This document shows, in pieces, positions 52,116 through 64,000 of a DNA stretch of 64,000 nt. Position 1 is the stretch's first letter. Each line of letters begins with the position of its first letter. Position numbers and translations under genes: made by a program. Origin of the DNA: the human T2T-CHM13v2.0 reference genome, Homo sapiens; NCBI RefSeq assembly GCF_009914755.1, contig NC_060948.1, one strand, 5' to 3'. Below the pieces are notes generated by a model that searched no databases, was not told where the DNA came from, and saw nothing but the letters and a program-made list of their open reading frames with translations.

Positions 52116-55100
52116 ATGGACTCCTTTGGAATGGTCTAGTATGCAATGCAATCGACTGGCAGGGAATCAAAAGGAATGTAATCGAATGGATTGGACTGGA
52201 ATGCAATGGACTCGAATAGATTGGAAACGGAATGCAAAGGAATGGAATGCAATAGTATGGAATGGAATGGAAAGGAATGGAGTGGAATAGACTAGAGTGG
52301 AATGGAATGGACTGGAAAGCAATGGACTGGAATGGAACTTTCTTGAATGGACTGGAATCAAACGGAATGGAATGCAATGCAATCAAATGGCATGGAATAA
52401 AATAGAATGAAAGAGAATCAAATGGAATTGAATTGAATGGAATCGAATGGATTGGAAAGGAATAGAATGGAATGGAATGGAATTGACTCAAATGGAATGG
52501 ACTAGAATGGAATGGATTCGAATGGAAGGCAAAGGAATGGAATCTATTGGAATGGACTGTAATGGAATGGAATGGAAGGGATTGGAATGGACTCGAATGG
52601 AATGGACTGCAATAGAAAGGATTCGAATGGAATGAAAAAGAATTGAATGGAATAGAACAGAATGGAATCAAATCGAATGAAATGGAATGGAATAGAAAGG
52701 AATGGAATGAAATGGAATGGAAAGGATTCGAATGGAATGCAATCGAATGGAATGCAGTCGAACGGAATGGAATCGAACGGAATGGAATAAAATGGAAGAA
52801 AACTGGCAAGAAATGGAATCGAAATGAATGGAGTGTTATGGGTCGGACTCAAAAGGAATTGAATGTAATAGAATGGAGTGGAGTGGACTCGAATATAATG
52901 GACTGGAATGGAATGAAATCACATGGAATGGGAACGAATGGAATGGAATGGAAATGAATGGAATCGAATGGAAAGGAATCGAATGGAAATCACTCGAATA
53001 GAATGCAATTTAATAAAATAGGATCAAATGTAATGGAATGGAATGGAAAGGAATCGAAACGAAAGGAATGGAGACAGATGCAATGGAATGGAACAGAGAG
53101 CAATGGTATAGAATGCAATGGAATCATCTGGAATGGAATTGAATGGAATGGAATAATATGAAATGGAATGGAATGGAATGGAATGCCCTTGAATTAAATG
53201 GACTGGAATGGAATGGACTCGAACAGAGTGGAATGAAAAGTGTTGAGATAGAATGGAATGGACTCTTTTGGAATGGTCTAGTATGCAATGCAATCGACTG
53301 GCAGGGAATCAAAAGGAATGTAATCGAATGGATTGGACTGGAATGCAATGGACTCGAATAGATTGGAAACGGAATGCAAAGGAATGGAATGGAATAGTAT
53401 GGAATGGAATGGAAAGGAATGGAGTGGAATAGACTAGAGTGGAATGGAATGGACTGGAAAACAATGGACTGGAATGGAACTTTCTTGAATGGACTGGAAT
53501 CAAACGGAATGGAATGCAATGCAATCAAATGGCATGGAATAAAATAGAATGAAAGAGAATCAAATGGAATTGAATCGAATGGAATCGAATGGATTGGAAA
53601 GGAATAGAATGGAATGGAATGGAATTGACTCAAATGGAATGGACTAGAATGGAATGGATTCGAATGGAAGGCAAAGGAATGGAATCTATTGGAATGGACT
53701 GTAATGGAATGGAATGGAAGGGATTGGAATGGACTCGAATGGAATGGACTGCAATAGAAAGGATTCGAATGGAATGAAAAAGAATTGAATGGAATAGAAC
53801 AGAATGGAATCAAATCGAATGAAATGGAATGGAATAGAAAGGAATGGAATGAAATGGAATGGAAAGGATTCGAATGGAATGCAATCGAATGGAATGCAAT
53901 CGAACGGAATGGAATCGAACGGAATGGAATAAAATGGAAGAAAACTGGCAAGAAATGGAATCGAAATGAATGGAGTGTTATGGAACGGACTCAAAAGGAA
54001 TTGAATGTAATAGAATGGAGTGGAGTGGACTCGAATATAATGGACTGGAATGGAATGAAATCACATGGAATGGGAACGAATGGAATGGAATGGAAAGGAA
54101 TGGAATCGAATGGAAAGGAATCGAATGGAAATCACTCGAATAGAATGCAATTTAATAAAATAGGATCAAATGTAATGGAATGGAATGGAAAGGAATCGAA
54201 ACGAAAGGAATGGAGACAGATGGAATGGAATGGAACAGAGAGCAATGGTATAGAATGGAATGGAATCATCAGGAATGGAATTGAATGGAATGGAATAATA
54301 TGAAATGGAATGGAATGGAATGGAATGCCCTTGAATTAAATGGACTGGAATGGAATGGACTCGAACAGAGTGGAATGAAAAGTGTTGAGATAGAATGGAA
54401 TGGACTCTTTTGGAATGGTCTAGTATGCAATGCAATCGACTGGCAGCGAATCAAAAGGAATGTAATCGAATGGATTGGACTGGAATGCAATGGACTCGAA
54501 TAGATTGGAAACGGAATGCAAAGGAATGGAATGGAATAGTATGGAATGGAATGGAAAGGAATGGAGTGGAATAGACTAGAGTGGAATGGAATGGACTGGA
54601 AAGCAATGGACTGGAATGGAACTTTCTTGAATGGACTGGAATCAAACGGAATGGAATGCAATGCAATCAAATGGCATGGAATAAAATAGAATGAAAGAGA
54701 ATCAAATGGAATTGAATCGAATGGAATCGAATGGATTGGAAAGGAATAGAATGGAATGGAATGGAATTGACTCAAATGGAATGGACTAGAATGGAATGGA
54801 TTCGAATGGAAGGCAAAGGAATGGAATCTATTGGAATGGACTGTAATGGAATGGAATGGAAGGGATTGGAATGGACTCGAATGGAATGGACTGCAATAGA
54901 AAGGATTCGAATGGAATGAAAAAGAATTGAATGGAATAGAACAGAATGGAATCAAATCGAATGAAATGGAATGGAATAGAAAGGAATGGAATGAAATGGA
55001 ATGGAAAGGATTCGAATGGAATGCAATCGAATGGAATGCAATCGAACGGAATGGAATCGAACGGAATGGAATAAAATGGAAGAAAACTGGCAAGAAATGG

Positions 55101-55262
55101 AATCGAAAGGAATGGAGTGTTATGGAACGGACTCAAAAGGAATTGAATGTAATAGAATGGAGTGGAGTGGACTCGAATATACTGGACTGGAATGGAATGA
55201 AATCACATGGAATGGGAACGAATGGAATGGAATGGAAAGGAATGGAATCGAATGGAAAGGAA
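51837..55262 (+). repeat. Three tandem copies of a 1142-bp DYZ1 sub-segment
   Basis: Copies start at 51837, 52979 and 54121. The ORF track repeats with a 1142 offset (52001/53143/54285; 52167/53309/54451). Confidence 0.93.
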
Positions 55263-58200
55263 TCGAATGGAAGGGAATGAAATTGAATCAACAGGAATGG
55301 AAGGGAATTGAATAGACGGTAATGGAATGGACTCGAATAGAATGGACACGAATGCTCAAATTGAATGGACTCGAATGGAATGGAAACGAAAGGAATGTCA
55401 TCGAATGGAATTGAATCGATTGGAATGAAATCGCATGGAATGGAGTGGAATCCAATGGAATTGAATCGAAAGGAAAGGAAGCGAATGGACTGAAATGAAA
55501 TGGAATGGAATGGAATGGAAAGTAATGCAATGGAATAGAATGGAACGAAATTTCACGGAATGGAATCAAACTGAATGGAATCAAATCAATGGAATATAAT
55601 CAAATGGAATGGAAAGGAATTGAATGGAGTAGATGGGATTGGATGGGATTGGAATGAAATGTACTGGAAAAGACTCGAATTTTATGAAACGGAATGGAAT
55701 GAATTGGAACGGAATGGACTCGAATGGAATGGAATGTCATGGAATGGCATCAAATGGAATGGCATCAAATGGAATGGAATCGAATGCAATGGAATGCTAT
55801 GGAATGGAATGGAATGCATTGGAATGGAATGTCCTCTAATGGAATGGATTCGAGTGGAATGGAATCGAATATAATGGAGTCGAATGAAATGGAATTGAAA
55901 GGAATGGGATCGAATACAATGGAATATACTGGAATGTAACGTAATGAACTCGAATGTAATTGACTGGAATGGAATGTACATGAATGGAATGTAATCGAAT
56001 GGAAAGTAATCCAATGGAATAGAATCTAATGCAATAAAATCGACTCAAATAGAATAGAATGTAATGGAATGGAGTGCAGTGCAATGGAATGGAATGGAAT
56101 GGAATTCAATGCAATGGAATGTAATGGAATGGAATGGAATGGGATGGAATGGTATGGAATGGATAGTAATGGACTGGAGTGAAATGGACTGGAAAGGAAT
56201 GGACTCAAATTGAAAGGGCTCGAAAGGAATGGAGTCAAATGGAATGGTCTGGAATGGAATGAACACGAATGTAATGCAATCCAATAGAATGGAATCGAAT
56301 GGCATGGAATATAAAGAAATGGAATCGAAGAGAATGGAAACAAATGGAATGGAATTGAATGGAATGGAATTGAATGGAATGGGAAGGAATGGAGTGAAAT
56401 TGTATGCAGTAGAAGAGAATAGAATGGAATGCAAGCGAAAGGAAAGGAATGGATTTCAATGGAATGGAATTCATTGGAATGGAAGGGAATGTAGTGTAAT
56501 GGACAGGCCTGGAATAAAGTGGAATGCTACGGTCTCGAATGGAATAAAAATGTATGGAATGGAATGCAATGAAACGGAATCGAATGTCATAGAATGTAAT
56601 GGAATGCAAAAAAATGGAATCCAAAATCATTGACTGGAAAGGCTGTGTGTCGAAAGGAATTGACTCCAATGGAATGGAATCGAATGGAATGGAAGTGAAT
56701 AGAATCGAACTAAATCGAATGGAATGGAATTGATAGGAACGGAATGGAAAGGAATGCAATGATTTGGCATGGAATGGAATCGAATGGCATCGAATGGAAT
56801 GGAATGGAATGCAATGGAATGGAATGTATTAGAATGTAATGAACATTAATGGAATGTACTCGAATGGATTCGACTGGAATGGAATGTTCTAGAAGTGAAT
56901 GGACTCCAATGGAATGGATTCGAAAGGAATGGAATCGAACGGAATGACATCTAATGGAATGGAATTAAATGGAAATGAATCAAATTGAATAGCATGGAAT
57001 TGAATTGAATGGAATCGAATGCAATGGAATCTAATGAAACGGAAAGGAAAAGAATGGAATGGAATGGAATGGGCTGGAATGGAATGGAATCGAAACGAAT
57101 GGAATGGAATCGAACTGAAGAGACTGGAATGGAATGCACTGGAATGGAAGGGAGTGTAGTGGAAGGTTCTCGAAAAAAATGGAATCGAATGGAATGGAAT
57201 TGAATGGAACGGAATAGAGTCGAATGGAATTGAATGGAATGGAATGGACTAGAGTGAAATGGAATCGAACCACAAGGAATGGACTGGAATAGAATGGTCT
57301 CGAATTGAAAGGAATCGTATGGAATAGCATCAAACGGAATGGAATGGACAGCCACGGAATGGAATGCACTCGAATGCAATGGAGTCGAAACTAATGGACT
57401 GGAATAGAATGGACTCGACTGGTACGGACTCCAATGTAATGGAATCGAATGGAAGGGAATCGAACGGAATGGACTCGAAGGGAATAGACTGCAATGGAAA
57501 GGTCTCGAATGTAATGGAAATTAATGGAATGGAATGGAATCGAATGAAATGGAGTCAAAAGGAATGGAATCGAATGGCAAGAAATCGAATGGAATGGAAT
57601 CACAAGGAATTGATGTGAACGGAACGGAATGGAATGGAATCCAAAGGAATGGAATAGAATGGAATGGAATCGAATGGAAAGGACTCGAATGGAAATCACT
57701 CGAATAGAATGCAATTTAATAAAATAGGATCAAATGTAATGGAATGGAATGGAAAGGAATCGAAATGAAAGGAATGGAGACAGATGGAATGGAATGGAAC
57801 AGAGAGCAATGGTATAGAATGGAATGGAATCATCTGGAATGGAATTGAATGGAATGGAATAATATGAAATGGAATGGAATGGAATGGAATGCCCTTGAAT
57901 TAAATGGACTGGAATGGAATGGACTCGAACAGAGTGGAATGGAAAGTGTTGAAATAGAATGGAATGGACTCCTTTGGAATGGTCTAGTATGCAATGCAAT
58001 CGACTGGCAGGGAATCAAAAGGAATGTAATCGAATGGATTGGACTGGAATGCAATGGACTCGAATAGATTGGAAACGGAATGCAAAGGAATGGAATGGAA
58101 TAGTATGGAATGGAATGGAAAGGAATGGAGTGGAATAGACTAGAGTGGAATGGAATGGACTGGAAAGCAATGGACTGGAATGGAACTTTCTTGAATGGAC

Positions 58201-61200
58201 TGGAATCAAACGGAATGGAATGCAATGCAATCAAATGGCATGGAATAAAATAGAATGAAAGAGAATCAAATGGAATTGAATCGAATGGAATCGAATGGAT
58301 TGGAAAGGAATAGAATGGAATGGAATGGAATTGACTCAAATGGAATGGACTAGAATGGAATGGATTCGAATGGAAGGCAAAGGAATGGAATCTATTGGAA
58401 TGGACTGTAATGGAATGGAATGGAAGGGATTGGAATGGACTCGAATGGAATGGACTGCAATAGAAAGGATTCGAATGGAATGAAAAAGAATTGAATGGAA
58501 TAGAACAGAATGGAATCAAATCGAATGAAATGGAATGGAATAGAAAGGAATGGAATGAAATGGAATGGAAAGGATTCGAATGGAATGCAATCGAATGGAA
58601 TGGAATCGAACGGAATGGAATAAAATGGAAGAAAACTGGCAAGAAATGGAATCGAAATGAATGGAGTGTTATGGAACGGACTCAAAAGGAATTGAATGTA
58701 ATAGAATGGAGTGGAGTGGACTCGAATATACTGGACTGGAATGGAATGAAATCACATGGAATGGGAACGAATGGAATGGAATGGAAAGGAATGGAATCGA
58801 ATGGAAAGGAATCGAATGGAAGGGAATGAAATTGAATCAACAGGAATGGAAGGGAATAGAATAGACGGTAATGGAATGGACTCGAATAGAATGGACACGA
58901 ATGCTCAAATTGAATGGACTCGAATGGAATGGAAACGAAAGGAATGTCATCGAATGGAATTGAATCGATTGGAATGAAATCGCATAGAATGGAGTGGAAT
59001 CCAATGGAATTGAATCGAAAGGAAAGGAAGCGAATGGACTGAAATGAAATGGAATGGAATTGAATGGAAAGTAATGCAATGGAATAGAATGGAACGAAAT
59101 TTCACGGAATGGAATCAAACTGAATGGAATCAAATCAATGGAATCTAATCAAATGGAATGGAAAGGAATTGAATGGAGTAGATGGGATTGGATGGGATTG
59201 GAATGAAATGTACAGGAAGAGACTCGAATTTTATGAATCGGAATGGAATGAATTGGAACGGAATGGACTCGAATGGAATGGAATGTCATGGAATGGCATC
59301 AAATGGAATGGTATCAAATGGAATGGAATCGAATGCAATGGAATGCTATGGAATGGAATGGAATGCATTGGAATGGAATGTCCTCTAATGGAATGGATTC
59401 GAGTGGAATGGAATCGAATATAATGGAGTCGAATGAAATGGAATTGAAAGGAATGGGATCGAATACAATGGAATATACTGGTATGTAACGTAATGTACTC
59501 GAATGTAATTGACTGGAATGGAATGTACATGAATGGAATGTAATCGAATGGAAAGTAATCCAATGGAATAGAATCTAATGCAATAAAATCGACTGAAATA
59601 GAATAGAATGTAATGGAATGGAGTGCAGTGCAATGGAATGGAATGGAATGCAATGCAATGGAATGGAATGTAATGGAATGGAATGGAATGGGATGGAATG
59701 GTAAGGAATGGATAGTAATGGACTGGAGTGAAATGGACTGGAAAGGAATGGACTCAAATTGAAAGGGCTCGAAAGGAACGGAGTCAAATGGAATGGTCTG
59801 GAATGGAATGAACACGAATGTAATGCAATCCAATAGAATGGAATCGAATGGCATGGAATATAAAGAAATGGAATCGAAGAGAACGGAAACAAATGGAATG
59901 GAATTGAATGGAATGGAATTGAATGGAATGGGAAGGAATGGAGTGAAATTGTATGCAGTAGAAGAGAATAGAAAGGAATGCAAGCGAAAGGAAAGGAATG
60001 GATTGCAATGGAATGGAATTCATTGGAATGGAAGGGAATGTAGTGTAATGGACAGGCCTGGAATAAAGTGGAATGCTACGGTCTCGAATGGAATAAAAAT
60101 GTATGGAATGGAATGCAATGAAACGGAATCGAATGTCATAGAATGTAATGGAATGCAAAAAAATGGAATCCAAAATCATTGACTGGAAAGGCCGTGTGTC
60201 GAAAGGAATTGAATCCAATGGAATGGAATCGAATGGAATGGAAGTGAATAGAATCGAACTAAATCGAATGGAATGGAATTGATAGGAACGGAATGGAAAG
60301 GAATGCAATGATTTGGCATGGAATGGAATCGAATGGCATCGAATGGAATGGAATGGAATGCAATGGAATGGAATGTATTAGAATGTAATGAACATTAATG
60401 GAATGTACTCGAACGGATTCGACTGGAATGGAATGTTCTCGATGTGAATGGACTCCAATGGAATGGATTCGAAAGGAATGGAATCGAACGGAATGGCATC
60501 TAATGGAATGGAATTAAATGGAAATGAATCAAATTGAATAGCACGGAATTGAATTGAATGGAATCGAATGCAATGGAATCTAATGAAACGGAAAGGAAAG
60601 GAATGGAATGGAATGGAATGGGCTGGAATGGAATGGAATCGAAACGAATGGAATGGAATCGAACTGAAGAGACTGGAATGGAATGCACTGGAATGGAAGG
60701 GAGTGTAATAGAAGGTTCTCGAAAAAATTGGAATCGAATGGAATGGAATTGAATGGAACGGAATAGAGTCGAATGGAATTGAATGGAATGGAATGGACTA
60801 GAGTGAAATGGAATCGAACCACAAGGAATGGACAGGAATAGAATGGTCTCGAATTGAAAGGAATCGTATGGAATGGCATCAAACGGAATGGAATGGACAG
60901 CCACGGAATTTAATGCACTCGAATGCAATGGAGTCGAAACTAATGGACTGGAATAGAATGGACTCGACTGGTACGGACTCCAATGGAATGGAATCGAATG
61001 GAAGGGAATTGAACGGAATGGACTCGAAGGGAAAAGACTGCAATGGAAAGATCTCGAATGGAATGGAAATTAATGGAATGGAATGGAATCGAATGAAATG
61101 GAGTCAAAAGGAATGGAATCGAATGGCAAGAAATCGAATGTAATGGAATCACAAGGAATTGATGTGAAGGGAACGGAATGGAATGGAATCCAAAGGAATG

Positions 61201-61512
61201 GAATAGAATGGAATGGAATCGAATGGAAAGCACTCGAATGGAAATCACTCGAATAGAATTCATTTTAACAAAATAGGATCAAATGTAATGAAATGGAATG
61301 GAAAGGAATCGAAACGAAAGTAATGGAGACAGATGGAATGGAATGGAACAGAGAGCAATGGTATAGAATGGAATGGAATCATCTGGAATGGAATTGAATG
61401 GAATGGAATAATGTGAAATGGAATGGAATGGAATGGAATGCCCTTGAATTAAATGGACTGGAATGGAATGGACTCGAACAGAGTGGAATGGAAAGTGTTG
61501 AAATAGAATGGA
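54400..61512 (+). repeat. Two full DYZ1 units (3564 and 3549 bp)
   Basis: Landmarks at 54400, 57964 and 61513; HaeIII sites at 56506 and 60055. Confidence 0.9.
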
Positions 61513-64000
61513 ATGGACTCCTTTGGAATGGTCTAGTATGCAATGCAATCGACTGGCAGGGAATCAAAAGGAATGTAATAGAATGGATTGGACTGGAATG
61601 CAATGGACTCGAATAGATTGGAAACGGAATGCAAAGGAATGGAATGCAATAGTATGGAATGGAATGGAAAGGAATGGAGTGGAATAGACTAGAGTGGAAT
61701 GGAATGGACTGGAAAGCAATGGACTGGAATGGAACTTTCTTGAATGGACTGGAATCAAACGGAATGGAATGCAATGCAATCAAATGGCATGGAATAAAAT
61801 AGAATGAAAGAGAATCAAATGGAATTGAATTGAATGGAATCGAATGGATTGGAAAGGAATAGAATGGAATGGAATGGAATTGACTCAAATGGAATGGACT
61901 AGAATGGAATGGATTCGAATGGAAGGCAAAGGAATGGAATCTATTGGAATGGACTGTAATGGAATGGAATGGAAGGGATTGGAATGGACTCGAATGGAAT
62001 GGACTGCAATAGAAAGGATTCGAATGGAATGAAAAAGAATTGAATGGAATAGAACAGAATGGAATCAAATCGAATGAAATGGAATGGAATAGAAAGGAAT
62101 GGAATGAAATGGAATGGAAAGGATTCGAATGGAATGCAATCGAATGGAATGCAGTCGAACGGAATGGAATCGAACGGAATGGAATAAAATGGAAGAAAAC
62201 TGGCAAGAAATGGAATCGAAATGAATGGAGTGTTATGGGACGGACTCAAAAGGAATTGAATGTAATAGAATGGAGTGGAGTGGACTCGAATATAATGGAC
62301 TGGAATGGAATGAAATCACATGGAATGGGAACGAATGGAATGGAATGGAAATGAATGGAATCGAATGGAAAGGAATCGAATGGAAATCACTCGAATAGAA
62401 TGCAATTTAATAAAATAGGATCAAATGTAATGGAATGGAATGGAAAGGAATCGAAACGAAAGGAATGGAGACAGATGCAATGGAATGGAACAGAGAGCAA
62501 TGGTATAGAATGCAATGGAATCATCTGGAATGGAATTGAATGGAATGGAATAATATGAAATGGAATGGAATGGAATGGAATGCCCTTGAATTAAATGGAC
62601 TGGAATGGAATGGACTCGAACAGAGTGGAATGAAAAGTGTTGAGATAGAATGGAATGGACTCTTTTGGAATGGTCTAGTATGCAATGCAATCGACTGGCA
62701 GGGAATCAAAAGGAATGTAATCGAATGGATTGGACTGGAATGCAATGGACTCGAATAGATTGGAAACGGAATGCAAAGGAATGGAATGGAATAGTATGGA
62801 ATGGAATGGAAAGGAATGGAGTGGAATAGACTAGAGTGGAATGGAATGGACTGGAAAACAATGGACTGGAATGGAACTTTCTTGAATGGACTGGAATCAA
62901 ACGGAATGGAATGCAATGCAATCAAATGGCATGGAATAAAATAGAATGAAAGAGAATCAAATGGAATTGAATCGAATGGAATCGAATGGATTGGAAAGGA
63001 ATAGAATGGAATGGAATGGAATTGACTCAAATGGAATGGACTAGAATGGAATGGATTCGAATGGAAGGCAAAGGAATGGAATCTATTGGAATGGACTGTA
63101 ATGGAATGGAATGGAAGGGATTGGAATGGACTCGAATGGAATGGACTGCAATAGAAAGGATTCGAATGGAATGAAAAAGAATTGAATGGAATAGAACAGA
63201 ATGGAATCAAATCGAATGAAATGGAATGGAATAGAAAGGAATGGAATGAAATGGAATGGAAAGGATTCGAATGGAATGCAATCGAATGGAATGCAATCGA
63301 ACGGAATGGAATCGAACGGAATGGAATAAAATGGAAGAAAACTGGCAAGAAATGGAATCGAAATGAATGGAGTGTTATGGAACGGACTCAAAAGGAATTG
63401 AATGTAATAGAATGGAGTGGAGTGGACTCGAATATAATGGACTGGAATGGAATGAAATCACATGGAATGGGAACGAATGGAATGGAATGGAAAGGAATGG
63501 AATCGAATGGAAAGGAATCGAATGGAAATCACTCGAATAGAATGCAATTTAATAAAATAGGATCAAATGTAATGGAATGGAATGGAAAGGAATCGAAACG
63601 AAAGGAATGGAGACAGATGGAATGGAATGGAACAGAGAGCAATGGTATAGAATGGAATGGAATCATCTGGAATGGAATTGAATGGAATGGAATAATATGA
63701 AATGGAATGGAATGGAATGGAATGCCCTTGAATTAAATGGACTGGAATGGAATGGACTCGAACAGAGTGGAATGAAAAGTGTTGAGATAGAATGGAATGG
63801 ACTCTTTTGGAATGGTCTAGTATGCAATGCAATCGACTGGCAGCGAATCAAAAGGAATGTAATCGAATGGATTGGACTGGAATGCAATGGACTCGAATAG
63901 ATTGGAAACGGAATGCAAAGGAATGGAATGGAATAGTATGGAATGGAATGGAAAGGAATGGAGTGGAATAGACTAGAGTGGAATGGAATGGACTGGAAAG
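61234..64000 (+). repeat. Second set of 1142-bp DYZ1 sub-segments (third copy cut by window end)
   Basis: Copies start at 61234, 62376 and 63518, each exactly 9397 bp after the first set. Confidence 0.92.

Larger units (their letters stand above)
30976..64000 (+). repeat. DYZ1: DYZ1 / HSat3 (Yq12-type) satellite array, GGAAT-rich strand on +
   Basis: Diverged (GGAAT)n pentamers. The landmark atggactc(c/t)tttggaatggt recurs at 30976, 34418, 37957, 41521, 45039, 48577, 52116, 53258, 54400, 57964, 61513, 62655 and 63797. Each full unit has one conserved EcoRI site (e.g. 32923) and one conserved HaeIII/StuI site (e.g. 32962). Two units are 3564 bp, the canonical DYZ1 length. Confidence 0.96.

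Noticed and set aside
55263-57684. The segment skipped by the short DYZ1 unit (2422 bp) nearly equals the DYZ2 period (~2420 bp)
   Set aside because: The two share no sequence homology, and the skip length is fully explained by the spacing of two look-alike DYZ1 tracts. Treated as coincidence.
31016-63900. The many ORFs rich in MEWNG or FHSIP, up to 313 aa
   Set aside because: These are direct translations of (GGAAT)n and (ATTCC)n, which lack stop codons. They overlap in all frames and their lengths change with single substitutions.
30976-64000. HSat2 assignment because of frequent TCGAAT
   Set aside because: It lacks the regular ~23-26-bp HSat2 unit built on GAATCATC. The ~3.56-kb period with a conserved EcoRI and HaeIII site and the adjacency to DYZ2 fit DYZ1/HSat3.

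Overview
This window is human-type Y long-arm (Yq12) heterochromatin with no credible genes. Bases 1-30975 are a head-to-tail array of ~2.42-kb DYZ2 (HSat1B) units. Each unit is a decayed antisense Alu, a ~570-bp HSATI segment and ~1.55 kb of AT-rich low-complexity DNA; 13 Alu/HSATI cores are present. At 30975/30976 the array switches abruptly to DYZ1 (HSat3, diverged GGAAT pentamers), with full units of 3442-3564 bp, which runs to the end of the window. The two satellite families are well known and every ORF in the track is a satellite-translation artefact. I found no new gene system. The items worth follow-up are structural or regulatory: a 1142-bp DYZ1 sub-unit present in three tandem copies, a 9397-bp higher-order duplication containing it, a sharp DYZ2/DYZ1 junction with diverged units on both sides, local homogenisation blocks, and three perfect heat-shock elements per DYZ1 unit. 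Family names come from recognition and restriction-site spacing, not from a database search. Coordinates were read by eye and anchored on the ORF track.
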